From the NCBI GenBank assembly GCA_030141605.1, contig JAQGDQ010001739.1, positions 1 to 27,220 of the forward strand: a stretch of 27,220 nucleotides of DNA, written 5' to 3'. Under the pieces are notes generated by a model. It was given only the letters and a program-made list of their open reading frames with translations. It did not search any database and was not told the origin of the DNA. The position numbers and the translations under genes are program-made. The number at the start of each line of letters is the position of its first letter. Within the stretch, counting starts at the first letter, position 1. The stretch is from Tubiluchus corallicola. Taxonomy: Eukaryota; Animalia; Priapulida. Below, piece by piece: positions 1-13,256 of this stretch.

Positions 1-1352
1 GTTTGATCTTACATTTCCTGAAATCTGTTGTTTCACCATTTTTGGACCAATTTCAATTTGCATATCGTGCTATTCGTTCCACAGATGATGCTGTAGCTCT
101 TGTTGTTCGTGATGTACTAATTGTGATGTACAACACACCTTGATAAAAGTAATTGTTGTGCCAGAATCCTTTTCGTTGATTTCAGTTCAGCTTTCAATGC
201 TATTCTGCCACTAAAATTGTATTACAAAATGACGGAACTCAACATACCTGACTGGCTGTGTAGTTTCGTACTTGAGTTCTTGACAGGGCGATCACAGATT
301 GTCAAGATAATTAATGGAAACACTACCATTTTTTCAACTTCTAAGGTTAATACAGGAGCTTCTCAGGGGTGCGTCCTGTCTCCAATTCTATACACGTTGT
401 TTACATATGTATGTCTATCTATACATCTATATCTATCTATCTATATCTATGACTGTGAAGTATCTTTCCCAATACTATGATGGTAAAATTCGCTGATGAT
501 ACCACACTGGCTGGCCTTATTTGCAGTAACAACGAGACTAATTATTTTCAGGAAGTTCAAAATTTAACACGCTGGTGCGAACAGAATAATTTAGAACTGA
601 ATGTTTCAAAAACAAAAGAAATTATCGTAGATTTTAGAAAAGAGACTGATGGAAAAGCACCTTTGCTTATAAATAATACAGCTGTAGAAATTGTTAAAGA
701 TTTCAAATTTCTGGGAATAAAAATTTCAGATGATCTTAAATGGGAAGCTAATGTGCTCTGTTGTGTAAAAAAGGCCCGCCAGCGTTTGTACTTTTTAAGA
801 CAACTCAAATCATTTAACATTGCCCCTGCTATGATGGAGAGTTTTTATCGTGCAGTAATTGAAAGGATTTTAACAACATCCCTCACTGTTTGGTATGGCG
901 CTACCACGCAGGGAGATCGCAATGCTCTTGATCAAGTTGTTAAATCCGCCGCAAAAATAATAGGAGTTGAACAGCAATCTATGGCATATTTGTATGAAAC
1001 TAGGGTCGCAAAGAGGGTGCAAGTTATCATGAAAGATGAATTCCATCCAGGTAATAAATATTTTGAAATGCTTCCCTCTGGTCGTAGATTCCGCTCAATT
1101 AACGCTAAAACCAAAGAACTTTAAATTCTTTCTATCCCGTTGCAATTCGCACCATCAACAGTAAATTTCAGTAAATCTTCAATATTAATTCTTTGTGTCA
1201 CTGTACAACTGACTGAATTATTTGTGATAATCTCCTTGTTGTTTCTATAAGTTATTGCAGTACGTAAAACCACAAAAGTTTCATTGTACGTAAACCACAT
1301 ACATTGTATGTATTATGCTATAATGACAATAAATTGCTTACTTACTTACTTA
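1..1352 (+). mobile_element. Degenerate non-LTR retrotransposon (Rex1/Babar-like LINE): RT domain to 3' end
   Basis: Motifs GASQGCVLSPILYTLFT, KFADDTT (RT catalytic), LNVSKTKEIIVDFRK, KKARQRLYFLRQLK and HPGNKYFEMLPSGRRFRS. Stops and frameshifts, with a (TATC)-like insertion at about 410-450. Ends in atgacaataaa plus a (TTAC)n tail at 1337-1352. Confidence 0.9.
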
Positions 1353-1969
1353 TGTGATGCATTTTTTGTTTGAATTTATGTAGTATTTCAATTTCAATTC
1401 AATTTTTATTTCAATCTAAATTATTATAGTTCCCCGGTTTTAACACATAAATTTTCGCTCAGTTAAGTAAGCGGCTAAGGTGTATGTCAATGTTTGCGTC
1501 ATTGTATTTTGAAATCCTGAATCTGTCTCGATAATCGAATATTACTTGTATTTGAACATACACAGTCATGACAACGTGTATAGAATTGGAGACAGGACGC
1601 ACCCTGAGAAGCTCCTGTATTAACCTTAGAAGTTGAAAAAATGGTAGTGTTTCCATTAATTATCTTGACAATCTGTGATTGCCCTGTCAAGAACTCAAGT
1701 ACGAAACTACACAGCCAGTCAGGTATGTTGAGTTCCGTCATTTTGTAATACAATTTTAGTGGCAGAATAGCATTGAAAGCTGAACTGAAATCAACGAAAA
1801 GGATTCTGGCATAACAATTACTTTTATCAAGGTGTGTTGTACATCACAATTAGTACATCACGAACAACAAGAGCTACAGCATCATCTGTGGAACGAATAG
1901 CACGATATGCAAATTGAAATTGGTCCAAAAATGGTGAAACAACAGATTTCAGGAAATGTAAGATCAAAC
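1..1969. repeat. Nested inverted repeat: 1..400 vs 1571..1969, 1170-bp spacer
   Basis: 1571..1969 is the reverse complement of 1..400 with three visible differences (about 158 G/A, 290 G/A, and GGGG/GGG at 366-369). The outer arm is cut off by the window edge. Confidence 0.95.
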
Positions 1970-2930
1970 GTTCTAGTGTTTTGCTTAGTACTGATGTTAA
2001 AGCCACAGGTCTATAGTCATTAAATGTAGTAACTGAGTTTCTCTTTGGCACAGGGATAATGATAGATTGCTTAAACTGTTTAGGCAATTTTTAAATGCTT
2101 AAAGACCAATTATAAATATGAGTAAAGATATAGGCAGGTTGATAAGAGCAGTATCGCACATGCCGCGGTGTTACACGATCTGGTCCTGCTGATTTTTTAA
2201 CTTTCAGCTTAGCAAACTGTCGCCGCACATCGTTTTCTTGTATAACAAGAGATGGAGTGTTATTGTAAGTTGACTTATTCAAATAATCTAATAATGGTCC
2301 CGTTTCTTTATCAAAACGACTGTAAAAATTATTCAGTTTATCCGGGAAAGTTGGGTCGTCTAAGTTAATATATTTTTATTTCGGTTTGTAATTCGTAATT
2401 TTATTTAGTCCTTGCCAAAGTTCTCGAGTTTCATTAGACAAAAAGTCTTGCTCCAATTTGTTGTTAAAATCACGTTTGGCAGACTTGATTGATTTCCGGT
2501 GATCATACTTCGCGATTTTGTATTGCTGCTGGTCACCAGATTTATAGGCTATTTGTCTCGCCCGGACTTTAGACGAAATAGAGCCATTGAACCACAAATT
2601 TTTATAAGGATTAAGTACCACCGTCGTAGCTGGGATGCAGATCTTTTCACAAAATTTCATATACTCAACAATAGCATCCGTGCATTCTTTGATTGACTCT
2701 GAGGAATTTGTGAAGATGTTCCAGTCTGTACAGTATTGAAGACGTTCAGTGGCTGCACTGGACCACACTGTAACTGCTCTTTTGACAGGTTTCTCACGCT
2801 TCAACTGCTGTTTATATTTTGGAACCAGGTAGATCATGTTGTGGTCTGCATCGCACAGGGGTGCACGTTGTAAGGCATTATAACGTCAACAGTGATCTAA
2901 AATTTTGTCCTTGCTTGTATGACATTTAAT
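1546..2930 (-). mobile_element. Degenerate Rex1/Babar-like LINE fragment (end of endonuclease, linker, N-terminal half of RT)
   Basis: Broken ORFs with DHNMIYLVPKYKQQLKR, KKSAGPDRV, IIIPVPKR...NDYRPVALTSVLSKTLERL, DQFQFAYRAIRSTDDAV. Ends before the FADD motif. Confidence 0.9.
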
Positions 2931-3006
2931 GTGTTGTTAATAATTCGGGTCTCGGAATTATTTTCGCTTACGTTAAATGTCGGAGGACAAAATATAGTCG
3001 GACATT

Positions 3007-3375
<369 letters not shown>

Positions 3376-3377
<2 letters not shown>

Positions 3378-3696
3378 AACACCACACTTGAAGGAGTTTC
3401 TTTTTCCATCTTAATACACTACAAATAGTTTATTAGATTTTTTATATAAATATCTATCCCTTTTAACACCACACCAGAAGGAGTTTCTTTTCTCCATCTT
3501 AATACACTACAAATAGTTTATTAGATTTTTTATATAAATATCTATCCCTTTTAACACCACACTTGAAGGAGTTTCTTTTTTCCATCTTAATACATTACAA
3601 ATAGTTTATTAGATTTTTTATATAAATGCCTATCATTTTAATACCACACCAGAAGGAGTTTCTTTTCTCCATATTAATACACTACAAATAGTTTAT
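3376..3696. repeat. Tandem repeat, about 87-bp unit, about 3.6 copies
   Basis: Unit aacaccacac(tt/ca)gaaggagtttc... starts at 3378, 3465, 3553 and 3640. Confidence 0.93.
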
Positions 3697-4020
3697 GTAA
3701 ATTTACATTTATATACATGGAAATCTTATTTCTGTTCTTCTGTGTACATACTCAGTACACTCTGATTACTAGTGATTTATCTATTACTGTGTATTCTACA
3801 TTTAATCAGTGATTGTGTTATACATATTATGTAAATGGTTAAATTATTATTTAAAGATAGTCACGTGTGTCTCTTCTTTCCCATTATTGAACATTATTTT
3901 ATTATAAACTAACACATTCGTATAATAATTCAATTTTCATTCGTCTTAAATGCAAAATCTGATAATTTTTAATTACCCGGTACATGCGCATTAACTAATT
4001 AATTATATTAGTAACAATCC

Positions 4021-4276
4021 TGATAGGGTGGCTGACCTCGATAACTTATAGTTCTTTTGCCACCCTTTCACCACTAATCAATAATTACTTATGGACTTTG
4101 TAATATTATTGTATGTTGTATAGATTTATAAATCTCTTAGTTATGTATTTTGCTATCATAAAAATGGTGATAAACTAATAAAACTTACTTACTCACTCAC
4201 TCACTCACTCACTTACTTACTTACTTACTCACTGACTGACTGACTGACTGACTGACTGACTGACTTACTTACTTAC
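4021..4276 (+). mobile_element. Probable LINE 3'-end remnant (L2/CR1-group-like) with stem-loop and tetranucleotide tail
   Basis: Stem agggtggc (4025-4032) / gccaccct (4059-4066), then aataaa followed directly by (ACTT)/(ACTC)/(ACTG)n at about 4183-4276. The family assignment is inference. Confidence 0.5.
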
Positions 4277-4875
4277 ATATAAATACAAAGAATAATTTGT
4301 TGTAATTTTTTTTTGTACATTTATTTCCTTAGTGTAAGATCTTTTATTTATCATTTCAATGCTTGTAATTAAAAATTCTCACAGATATTGATGTCAATGT
4401 TTTTGGGAAGCGCTCAGCAAGAATGTCACAACCCACAGGCTAGCCTAATCGATAAATCCATTATCCAGTTTGGAAAGTTGTTTAGTGTCATAGATTATTT
4501 AAACGGAGAGCATGCGGTTCGTTTAGAAAATCTGTGTAATCTGATTAACAGTGGCAGAGAAAAATCCGATAAGTTCGACAAATCCGAACGGAACTGGACA
4601 CGCTGAATGGATGTCTCCCACAGGAGTGATTTACTATTTAATCAAGGCATCAGCGTAAGTGATGAAGGACTTACGAATGTGTTTTCAAATAACTTACAGA
4701 AAAATATTGTTTACAGAAATAATTCCTTCATTTCAATAATTTAGCCAAGAGCAAGAAAGACGAAAAGACAAACAAACGAACAAACAACGAAAGTGGGAAG
4801 GAATTAAAAAAACAAAACAAACAAAGAAAAAAGAAGAGAAATAACACAACGTTTTGAACCACCACTGCAATTTAT

Positions 4876-4877
<2 letters not shown>

Positions 4878-4911
<34 letters not shown>

Positions 4912-5004
4912 GTAATAATAATAATGATAATAATAATGATGATGATGATGATGATGATGATAATAATAATAATAATAATAATGATGACGATGATGATGAT
5001 GATG

Positions 5005-5099
<95 letters not shown>

Positions 5100-5154
5100 A
5101 ATAATAATAATAATAATAATAATGATAATAATAATGATGATGATAATAATAATA

Positions 5155-5195
<41 letters not shown>

Positions 5196-5199
5196 AATG

Positions 5200-5289
<90 letters not shown>

Positions 5290-5324
5290 GTAATGATAAT
5301 AATAATAATAATAATAATAATAAT
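4878..5324. repeat. Compound microsatellite (AAT)n/(GAT)n
   Basis: Directly visible. Source of the poly-N/D/Y/H ORFs. Confidence 0.97.
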
Positions 5325-5892
5325 CACAATAATTTATTTGCAAAGCACAGAAATGAACAATTATTGTCATTAGATGTGTTATAATACAGGTTTACAATAG
5401 GAATGATTGCAATAGAAATATAAGCATGCGATAAAATGCCCCAAGCAAATGTAATTGAACACATCATAGTAAAATATAGACTTTAAGGCTCACGCTAATT
5501 AAATGTTATAGTAAAAAAATGGCTTGTAAGACTCATTTCAAAATGATCAAAAAAGCAATTGAATGCAAGGAAGTTCATTCCATTCAATTCTGTCGAAAAT
5601 AAAGCCTTTGCATGAAAAAAATACATCAAAAATCAAAAGTAATTAATAATGTTGTTTAAAAGAAACTCCAGCGACAATTTGAAATGTTGTGATTTTCTTT
5701 TCTCTGGTTTTTTAACAATGGGATTTTTTTCATTGTCATAATTCATTGTTACTGTTACTGTCATTTAAGAATTAAACTGTCCTGTAATGAAAGTGTGCAT
5801 GACCAAGACTTCGTGATCACCTCACAGAGCAGCAAGACAACTAAGACAATACAAACAAGACAAAGAATAAATAAAATGCAAAATAATATCAA

Positions 5893-6903
5893 GAGCAAAG
5901 GCAACAGCTATGACAGCGTATAAAGGTCGCATACACTGAAATATCAGAGCAATGGCAACAGCTATGACAGCGTACAAAGGTCACACAGACTGAAATATCG
6001 GAGCAACGGCAACAGCTATGGCAGCGTATAAAGGTCGCATACACTGAAATATCGGAGCAATGGCAACAGCTATGACAGCTTATAAAGTCGCACACACTGA
6101 AATATCGAAGCAACGGCAACAGCTATGACAGCGTATAAAGGTCGCACAGACTGAAATATCAGAGCAATGGCAACAGCTATGACAGCGTACAAAGGTCACA
6201 CAGACTGAAATATCGGAGCAACGGCAACAGCTATGGCAGCGTACAAAAGTCGCACAGACTGAAATATCAGAGCAATGGCAACAGCTATGACAGCGTATAA
6301 AAGTCGCACAAACTGAAATATCAGAGCAATGGCAACAGCTATGACAGCATATAAAGGTGCCACAGACTGAAATATCGGAGCAATGGCAACAGCTATGACA
6401 GCGTATAAAGGTTGTACACACTGAAATATCAGAGCAATGGCAACAGCTATGACAGCATATAAAGGTGCCACAGACTGAAATATAGGAGCAATGGCAACAG
6501 CTATGACAGCATATAGAGGTCGCATACACTGAAATATCGGAGCAATGGCAACAGCTATGACAGCTTATAAAGGTCGCACACACTGAAATATCGGAGCAAC
6601 GGCAACAGCTATGACAGTGTATAAAGGTTGAACACACTGAAATATCGGAGCAATGGCAACAGCTATGACAGCATATAAAGGTCACACACACTCAAATATC
6701 GGAGCAATGGCAACAGCTATGACAGCATATAAAGTCGCCCACACTGAAATATTGGAGCAATGGCAACAGCTATGACAGCGTACAAATGTCGCACACACTG
6801 AAATATCAGAGCAATGGCAACATAAAGGTCGTACACACTGAAATATCATAGCAATGGCAACAGCTATGACAGCGCATAAAGGTCGCACACACTGAAATAT
6901 CAT
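5893..6903. repeat. Minisatellite, 54-bp unit, about 19 copies
   Basis: Unit gcaatggcaacagctatgacagcgtataaaggtcgcacacactgaaatatcgga, giving an 18-aa periodicity in translation. Confidence 0.95.
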
Positions 6904-7391
6904 ATCTCGGTAGGTCTGATTTGCAGTCGACACTGAAATATCTTGCTGATTGAAGGTCAGTCGCTACATTAAATCTCATGTACCACCACCGATATGTAAG
7001 AATGCATACAGAACATCTCATTTACTAGTTCTGAATGCCGACACTTTATTCGTGGTACTAGTTTTTTTGTTGCTGTTTTCCATGATTTTATCCTAAACGT
7101 TCCTGGAAATCATATGACTTATAAATTTACTTTTTTTGCCATTAGTGAGCCTATTATTTTTACTAGAAAATTGTTTCTTTCTTAACTACCGGATTCAAGT
7201 ACAAGGTTAACAGGTACCTATGAAATCTTTACCTATTTTAGGTTCATTTCTGTCATTTTATTGCAACACTGTACGCTGAATGACCACTACCTTGTATCGA
7301 ATGATTTCCATAAATAAAGAGGCACTCAGAAGTTGTGATGAAACGGGTGGTGGGGCGGCTTTGCCGTCAATAAACTGATCTTCAATCTTAC

Positions 7392-7536
7392 CTTGTTGTA
7401 GACATCCTCCCAAAAGTCCAGAGTGATGAGTTGAAAAGAGGTGAGCATGGCGTAGCCGAAGTCGTCGAAGTTGGTATAACCGAAGTTTGGATTGTCGCCA
7501 ATGTGGCTGAGGCAAGTGAAATTTGCTGGACACGGC
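7392..7536 (-). CDS. Nav2: Nav2-type voltage-gated channel exon: domain I P-loop (left-arm copy)
   Basis: Mirror of 19699..19843. Encodes PCPANFTCLSHIGDNPNFGYTNFDDFGYAMLTSFQLITLDFWEDVYNK, with canonical splice sites. Confidence 0.92.
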
Positions 7537-8644
7537 CTGTGAAGAAAATGAAGTGAGAACGTTGCCATAAATCATTTTTATTGCATCACTATCAAAAATA
7601 CAGTTCAAATGTGATTAAAAAAGCCACAGATAGAAAAACTTTGGACACAGAATGAAACAACAAAGTGCTAGGAAAACAAATCAGCCACTGGTGGGCCATA
7701 ATGATTAACCAGTTACCTATTATTAATATTTCACTATACGAATTACATGGTGCTAAGTACGCTGATAATTAAACATTTATAAATCTTTAATAACAGCTGC
7801 GGTAGCTTTATATAGTCACATTAATTACAGGCATAAATATATGCCTGCATGACAGCTTTAAGACTTAAAAGCCAACTTAAACTCAAAGATGGAAACTCTA
7901 AATTTATATTAGTGCTAACACCCCGGTCATGGCAATGAAACAGTTATTTCTTATACGCATTTACATAACAGCTGCACTCGTGTGTTCAACTAGCTTAGAC
8001 TGAGCAAAGAGGTACGCTGAAGTTAAAATTAAATTGCCTTGTAAAAAAGTTAGGACTAACTTTTCAGCTGTAAAATGCTAATTTAACGAGATAAATAGGC
8101 AGTATGGTGGACAAAATGCACAGAGTGAATTGCATTTATATTACTGAAACCAGCAGTCACCCATCTACACACTGACCCGTACTCAATGTTGCCTAACTTT
8201 TGTTACAGGGTAAGCACACATGGTAATCAAACATGTACTAAAAGCAAAAATTTCAAATCCACAAGGTCGTTCAACAGTCACAAATAATATGCTTTTACAG
8301 GAGGGTTTACTTTTATTCTAGTCTCATGGGAGCATGAATTATTTACAAGATGAGGTGTGCAGTTTATGACCAATTAGAAGACAATATTCAGTGAAAGTAC
8401 GAATGTAAAGCTTGATGGACTACAGCATAGATTTGCAGCTTAGTACCTTGGGTACATAATAAATATGTTATTACCAATTAAAGTTTTTTGAAGTGCTATG
8501 CTGTAATGGTTGCTGTGGAAGTATATAATAAATAAATAAATAAATAAATAAACAAATAAATAAAATTTAGTCGCTTGTAAGTAAATGAACAGAAACAGCT
8601 ACAGAGAAAACTACCACCTCAATCAGTACAGATAGAGAATTAAA

Positions 8645-9138
8645 TCTTCTTCTTCTTCCCAGCTTTTCCCTATGCACGGTCGTGGTTATGAATGAGTCTT
8701 CTCCACGCATTCCTGTTGTTGACCATCTCTTCATTTATGTCTTCCCTTCCCACATGATCTTCACCGACTCTTCTTTTCAGGTGTCCATACCATCGCAATC
8801 TTGCGAGGCTTCCACTACTTTTCCTGTTCTTCTGATATTATTATTTCTAATTTTATCTCTTCTTGTTATTCCCACCATCCATCTCAACATCCTCATCTCC
8901 ACCACATCCATTTTCTTCTCTTCGGTCTTCTTTAGAGAAGCTGCTTCCAGCCCATAGATTAGAGCGGGTCTGACCACTTCTTTGTGGACTTTACCTTTAA
9001 GTCTCACCGTCTCATTCATAGAAGGTTTTGGCGCAGTTTTTACAGGCGGATGCCCTTCCTGACCCTAACCCTCTCTATTTATCCGGGCTTGGGACCGACA
9101 CTGACTTGGGTTGGCTTGCCCCCCCCCCCCCCCAGTGG
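8645..9138 (-). mobile_element. Bipartite non-autonomous RTE-clade element (5'UTR joined to ORF 3' end, (GAA)n tail)
   Basis: Mirror of 18096..18590. Confidence 0.8.
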
Positions 9139-9196
9139 TTTTTATTTTCATAATCATTTTTGCACATTGATATTAAAACAAATCAATGTGGATTAC

Positions 9197-9473
9197 CTAG
9201 CATACGTTCCATTACCGCACACGGCCGGAGCGTCGCCGACCGTCCACCAATGCGATTCGTCTTGTATCCACTCCGTCCAGCGGTCTTCTCCTGCGGTTCC
9301 GCTGACGTCCCAGAATCCGGGCGGAATGTTCAGCACGCACTTCTGCCGCAGGACACCGATGTAGACCTGCAGGGCGAACAGGGCGAAGATCATCATGCAG
9401 AAGACGGTCAACGTCATCACCTCACCCAGCATCCGCAGAGAATGAAGCAATGCGGTAACAATGGTCTTTAAAC
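9197..9473 (-). CDS. Nav2: Nav2-type voltage-gated channel exon: domain I S4-S5 linker, S5, extracellular loop (left-arm copy)
   Basis: Mirror of 17761..18037. GC-rich island with canonical ag/gt boundaries. Confidence 0.92.
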
Positions 9474-9533
9474 CTGTGGAAAATAAAAACAGAAAATTAC
9501 ATTCGGGTCTGTATTAAGAACTAGTTTTTCAAG

Positions 9534-11261
9534 CCTGATAAAGTTTCTTGTAAGATACTGAATAGTATAAACAAGCTTTACCTGTATAAAGTTTCTTGTA
9601 AGATACAGAATAGTCTAAACAAGCTTTACCTGTATACAGCTTCTCGTAAGATAGAGAATAGTATAAACAAGCTTTACCTGTATACAGCTTCTCGTAAGAT
9701 ACAGAATAGTATAAACAAGCTTTACCTGTATAAAGCTTCTCGTAAGATACAGAATAGCATAAACAAGCTTTACCTGTATACAGCTTCTCGTAAGATACAG
9801 AATAGCATAAACAAGCTTTACCTGTATAAAGTTTCTCGTAAGATACAGAATAGTATAAACAAGCTTTACCTGTATACAGCTTCTTGTAAGATACAGAATA
9901 GTATAAACAAGCTTTACCTGTATAAAGTTTCTCGTAAGATACAGAATAGCATAAACAAGCTTTACCTGTATAAAGTTTCTCGTAAGATACAGAATAGCAT
10001 AAACAAGCTTTACCTGTATACAGCTTCTCGTAAGATACAGAATAGTATAAACAAGCTTTACCTGTATAAAGTTTCTCGTAAGATACAGAATAGTATAAAC
10101 AAGCTTTACCTGTATACAGCTTCTCGTAAGATACAGAATAGTATAAACAAGCTTTACCTGTATACAGCTTCTTGTAAGATACAGAATAGTATAAACAAGC
10201 TTTACCTGTATACAACTTCTCGTAAGATACAGAATAGTATAAACAAGCTTTACCTGTATAAAGTTTCCCGTAAGATACAGAATAGTATAAACAAGCTTTA
10301 CCTGTATACAGTTTCTCGTAAGATACAGAATAGTATAAACAAGCTTTACCTGTATACAGCTTCTCGTAAGATACAGAATAGCATAAACAAGCTTTACCTG
10401 TATAAAGCTTCTCGTAAGATACAGAATAGCATAAACAAGCTTTACCTGTATAAAGTTTCGTAAGATACAGAATAGCATAAACATGCTTTACCTGTATAAA
10501 GCTTCTCGTAAGATACAGAATAGTATAAACAAGCTTTACCTGTATACAGCTTCTCGTAAGATACAGAATAGTATAAACAAGCTTTACCTGTATACAGCTT
10601 CTCGTAAGATACAGAATAGTATAAACAAGCTTTACCTGTATACAGCTTCTCGTAAGATACAGAATAGTATAAACAAGCTTTACCTGTATACAGCTTCTCG
10701 TAATATACAGAATAGTATAAACAAGCTTTACCTGTATACAGCTTCTCGTAAGATACAGAATAGTATAAACAAGCTTTACCTGTATAAAGTTTCTCGTAAG
10801 ATACAGAATAGCATAAACAAGCTTTACCTGTATAAAGCTTCTCGTAAGATACAGAATAGTATAAACAAGCTTTACCTGTATACAGCTTCTCGTAAGATAC
10901 AGAATAGTATAAACAAGCTTTACCTGTATAAAGTTTCTCGTAAGATACAGAATAGCATAAACAAGCTTTACCTGTATAAAGCTTCTCGTAAGATACAGAA
11001 TAGTATAAACAAGCTTTACCTGTATACAGCTTCTCGTAAGATACAGAATAGTATAAACAAGCTTTACCTGTATAAAGTTTCTCGTAAGATACAGAATAGC
11101 ATAAACAAGCTTTACCTGTATACAGCTTCTCGTAAGATACAGAATAGTATAAACAAGCTTTACCTGTATAAAGTTTCTCGTAAGATACAGAATAGTATAA
11201 ACAAGCTTTACCTGTATAAAGTTTCTCGTAAGATACAGAATAGTATAAACAAGCTTTACCT
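9534..11261. repeat. Minisatellite, 48-bp unit, about 36 copies
   Basis: Unit aagatacagaatagtataaacaagctttacctgtatacagcttctcgt, giving a 16-aa periodicity. One unit has a 2-bp deletion near 10458. Confidence 0.97.
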
Positions 11262-11441
11262 CCAAACTTAAGGAGCATCAAAACAGGTAAACTAGCCTCT
11301 TGAAGGAACTACTAGCCTAATCAGTTTTGCAAAACCAAGAATGCTAACAGTATGACTAACTGTACCAATGACGATGAAAAGTCATTGTTATAATTAAAAG
11401 TGTCACAATGACAACTGATAATACTGCTACTGTTGCTGGTG

Positions 11442-11504
11442 GTGATGATGGCGGTGGTGGTGGTGGTGGTGACGATGATGATGAAGATGACGAAGATATT
11501 GACC

Positions 11505-11553
<49 letters not shown>

Positions 11554-11580
11554 CAATGATGATTACGATGATGACAATGG
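11442..11580. repeat. (GGT)n/(GAT)n microsatellite
   Basis: Directly visible. Confidence 0.9.
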
Positions 11581-12053
11581 CGTTAACAATAGAGTGAAAT
11601 TCACAACTCAAATAACAAAAGTCGTAATTTAATAAAACTAGACAATTACATATTCGGTGAAGTAAATCATTCCATAATCTCGAACACAGTAATAAACTCG
11701 AACTATCCACGCGTTGAGCATAAATCTTAAACTACAGCACTATGATTTGTTACCACATCTATTATCTATGACTTACTCGTGTCTGCGTTGCACTGAGACA
11801 TCAAAAGATGGAAGTGCTCAAGCGCTCGTGCCAAGACATTCATCAACAATAAAGACAAATGTTAAACCTATAAAAGCATCCGCAATGGAACTAAAGACAA
11901 TTACGTTATTTCAATCGAAACTTCGGCGCTTTTCCCCGATGAAGTTACGTGTTTCTGAGACTTACAATGTAATCATTATCAATCTTTACCAGTGCTAGCG
12001 TGACACGTACACACATTTATTATTTAGTATTAACGAGAAGGTAGTGAGTTTAG

Positions 12054-12258
12054 ATGGTTCTGCCCTACCCCTCTTCTTTCTTGCTTTGCCTTATTCTTAC
12101 TCCACTCTACTGTGATAACTACTATTACGGCTGGTGCTCTACCTACTGCCACACAATGGTTCTGCCCTACCCCTCTTCTTTCCTACTTTGCCTTACTCTT
12201 TCCTCCACTCTACTGTGTTAAATACTACTACGGCAGGTGCTCTACCTACTGCCACCCA
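12054..12258. repeat. Diverged tandem duplication, about 102-bp unit x2
   Basis: atggttctgccctacccctcttctttc... at 12054 and 12156. Confidence 0.9.
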
Positions 12259-12760
12259 ACCAATTTAAATTCATAGAAGCCAAAATTACATGCCTCTACT
12301 CAACGTTTTGGATTACTCGTCCCCTTACTATTCCTTGTCATATTTTAAAATCCCTGATCATTTTGCTGTTACTCATTTGCGTTGTAACTATATGAAGCCG
12401 TCTATTTCGCCGTGACCCAGTTTTCGTCCTCGTTGTTCATATAGCCAGTTTTTGTACTGTGGCATTGCAACAAAGCTACACCACATTCTAAATTTTTATG
12501 ATACAGTCCATTCGAATTCCATAACAACGACAAACAGCATACTAGATGAAAAAACGGATTCAACGACAACAATAAATGTCCTGGTAACTTGGAAGAAAAA
12601 ACTCAAAAAGCGAGAAACCCGCACTCCGCACCAATTGTAGGTAAAACACCTGCTTATAAATCGAGCACTTCACACTAATTATACGCAAAACACCTGCTTA
12701 CACGAATCGATCCTCTTTTTTTCCCTTAAGAATCTTACGCGTGGAATCCTTTCAACTTAC

Positions 12761-13090
12761 CAGATCATTATTTCCTAAGGCAGCTATATTAAGGTTTTCG
12801 GGCAGAAGTATTGCATTTAATTTATCAAACATAACTACCCTAGCTAGTTGATACAATGGGCAGTTCAACAAAAAGTGTTCAACAGACTCAAATCGAAATC
12901 CACAGTTACAATTCGGCAATACTGGATGACCGTTATTATCTTTACAGCCTTTAGAGAAAAGGTCATAGTTTAGCTGAGAAAATCCGATTCTCATGCGCGC
13001 ATGATGCACTGATATAATCGGGTTTTGCGTAGACATAAAACAGTTAAGCTCACTCGTATCACAAAGCAAATCTACTGATGAAAAATAGTG
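12761..13090 (-). mobile_element. LINE ORF2 C-terminal remnant (Cys/His zinc-knuckle-like region), truncated at the palindrome junction
   Basis: HARMRIGFSQLNYDLF...PNCNCGFRFESVEHFLLNCPLY...LGNNDL resembles the CxC..ExxxHxxxxCPxY C-terminus of invertebrate non-LTR ORF2 proteins. Confidence 0.75.
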
Positions 13091-13256
13091 CTTAAGTGAA
13101 AAAAACAGTTTAACAGGCAGTAAAATCATATATACAGTGTCACTTAAAACAGTTGGAACACAATTTAGTACCTCGATTACTTGTAATTGATGTACATACT
13201 CCACTTTGTGATTTTTTCCTTTTCTGCACTTCATATTACTATTGTACACGGATTAA

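Noticed and set aside
477-1124. 215-aa RT ORF as a functional or domesticated gene, retron or DGR
   Set aside because: It is a fragment of a frameshifted LINE ORF2 with a LINE-type 3' tail.
1-2930. Twin-priming 5'-inverted LINE insertion
   Set aside because: The geometry is wrong: the inverted piece lies downstream of the tail, and the two pieces overlap by at least 400 bp.
4388-4606. Short ORFs 4388..4606, 11714..11998, 12452..12640, 13778..14002 and 14032..14250
   Set aside because: No recognisable motifs or splice support. They are antisense to the channel or lie inside the MITE.
5889-6933. Cys/His-rich metallothionein-like ORFs (CHSCCHC repeats; mirrors 20302..21346)
   Set aside because: They come from a 54-bp minisatellite with frameshifting units and overlapping open frames, located in an intron.
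9529-11281. 578-, 289-, 279- and 262-aa ORFs (and mirrors 15953..17705) as repeat proteins
   Set aside because: They are translations of a 48-bp minisatellite, open in several frames on both strands, with no unique domain.
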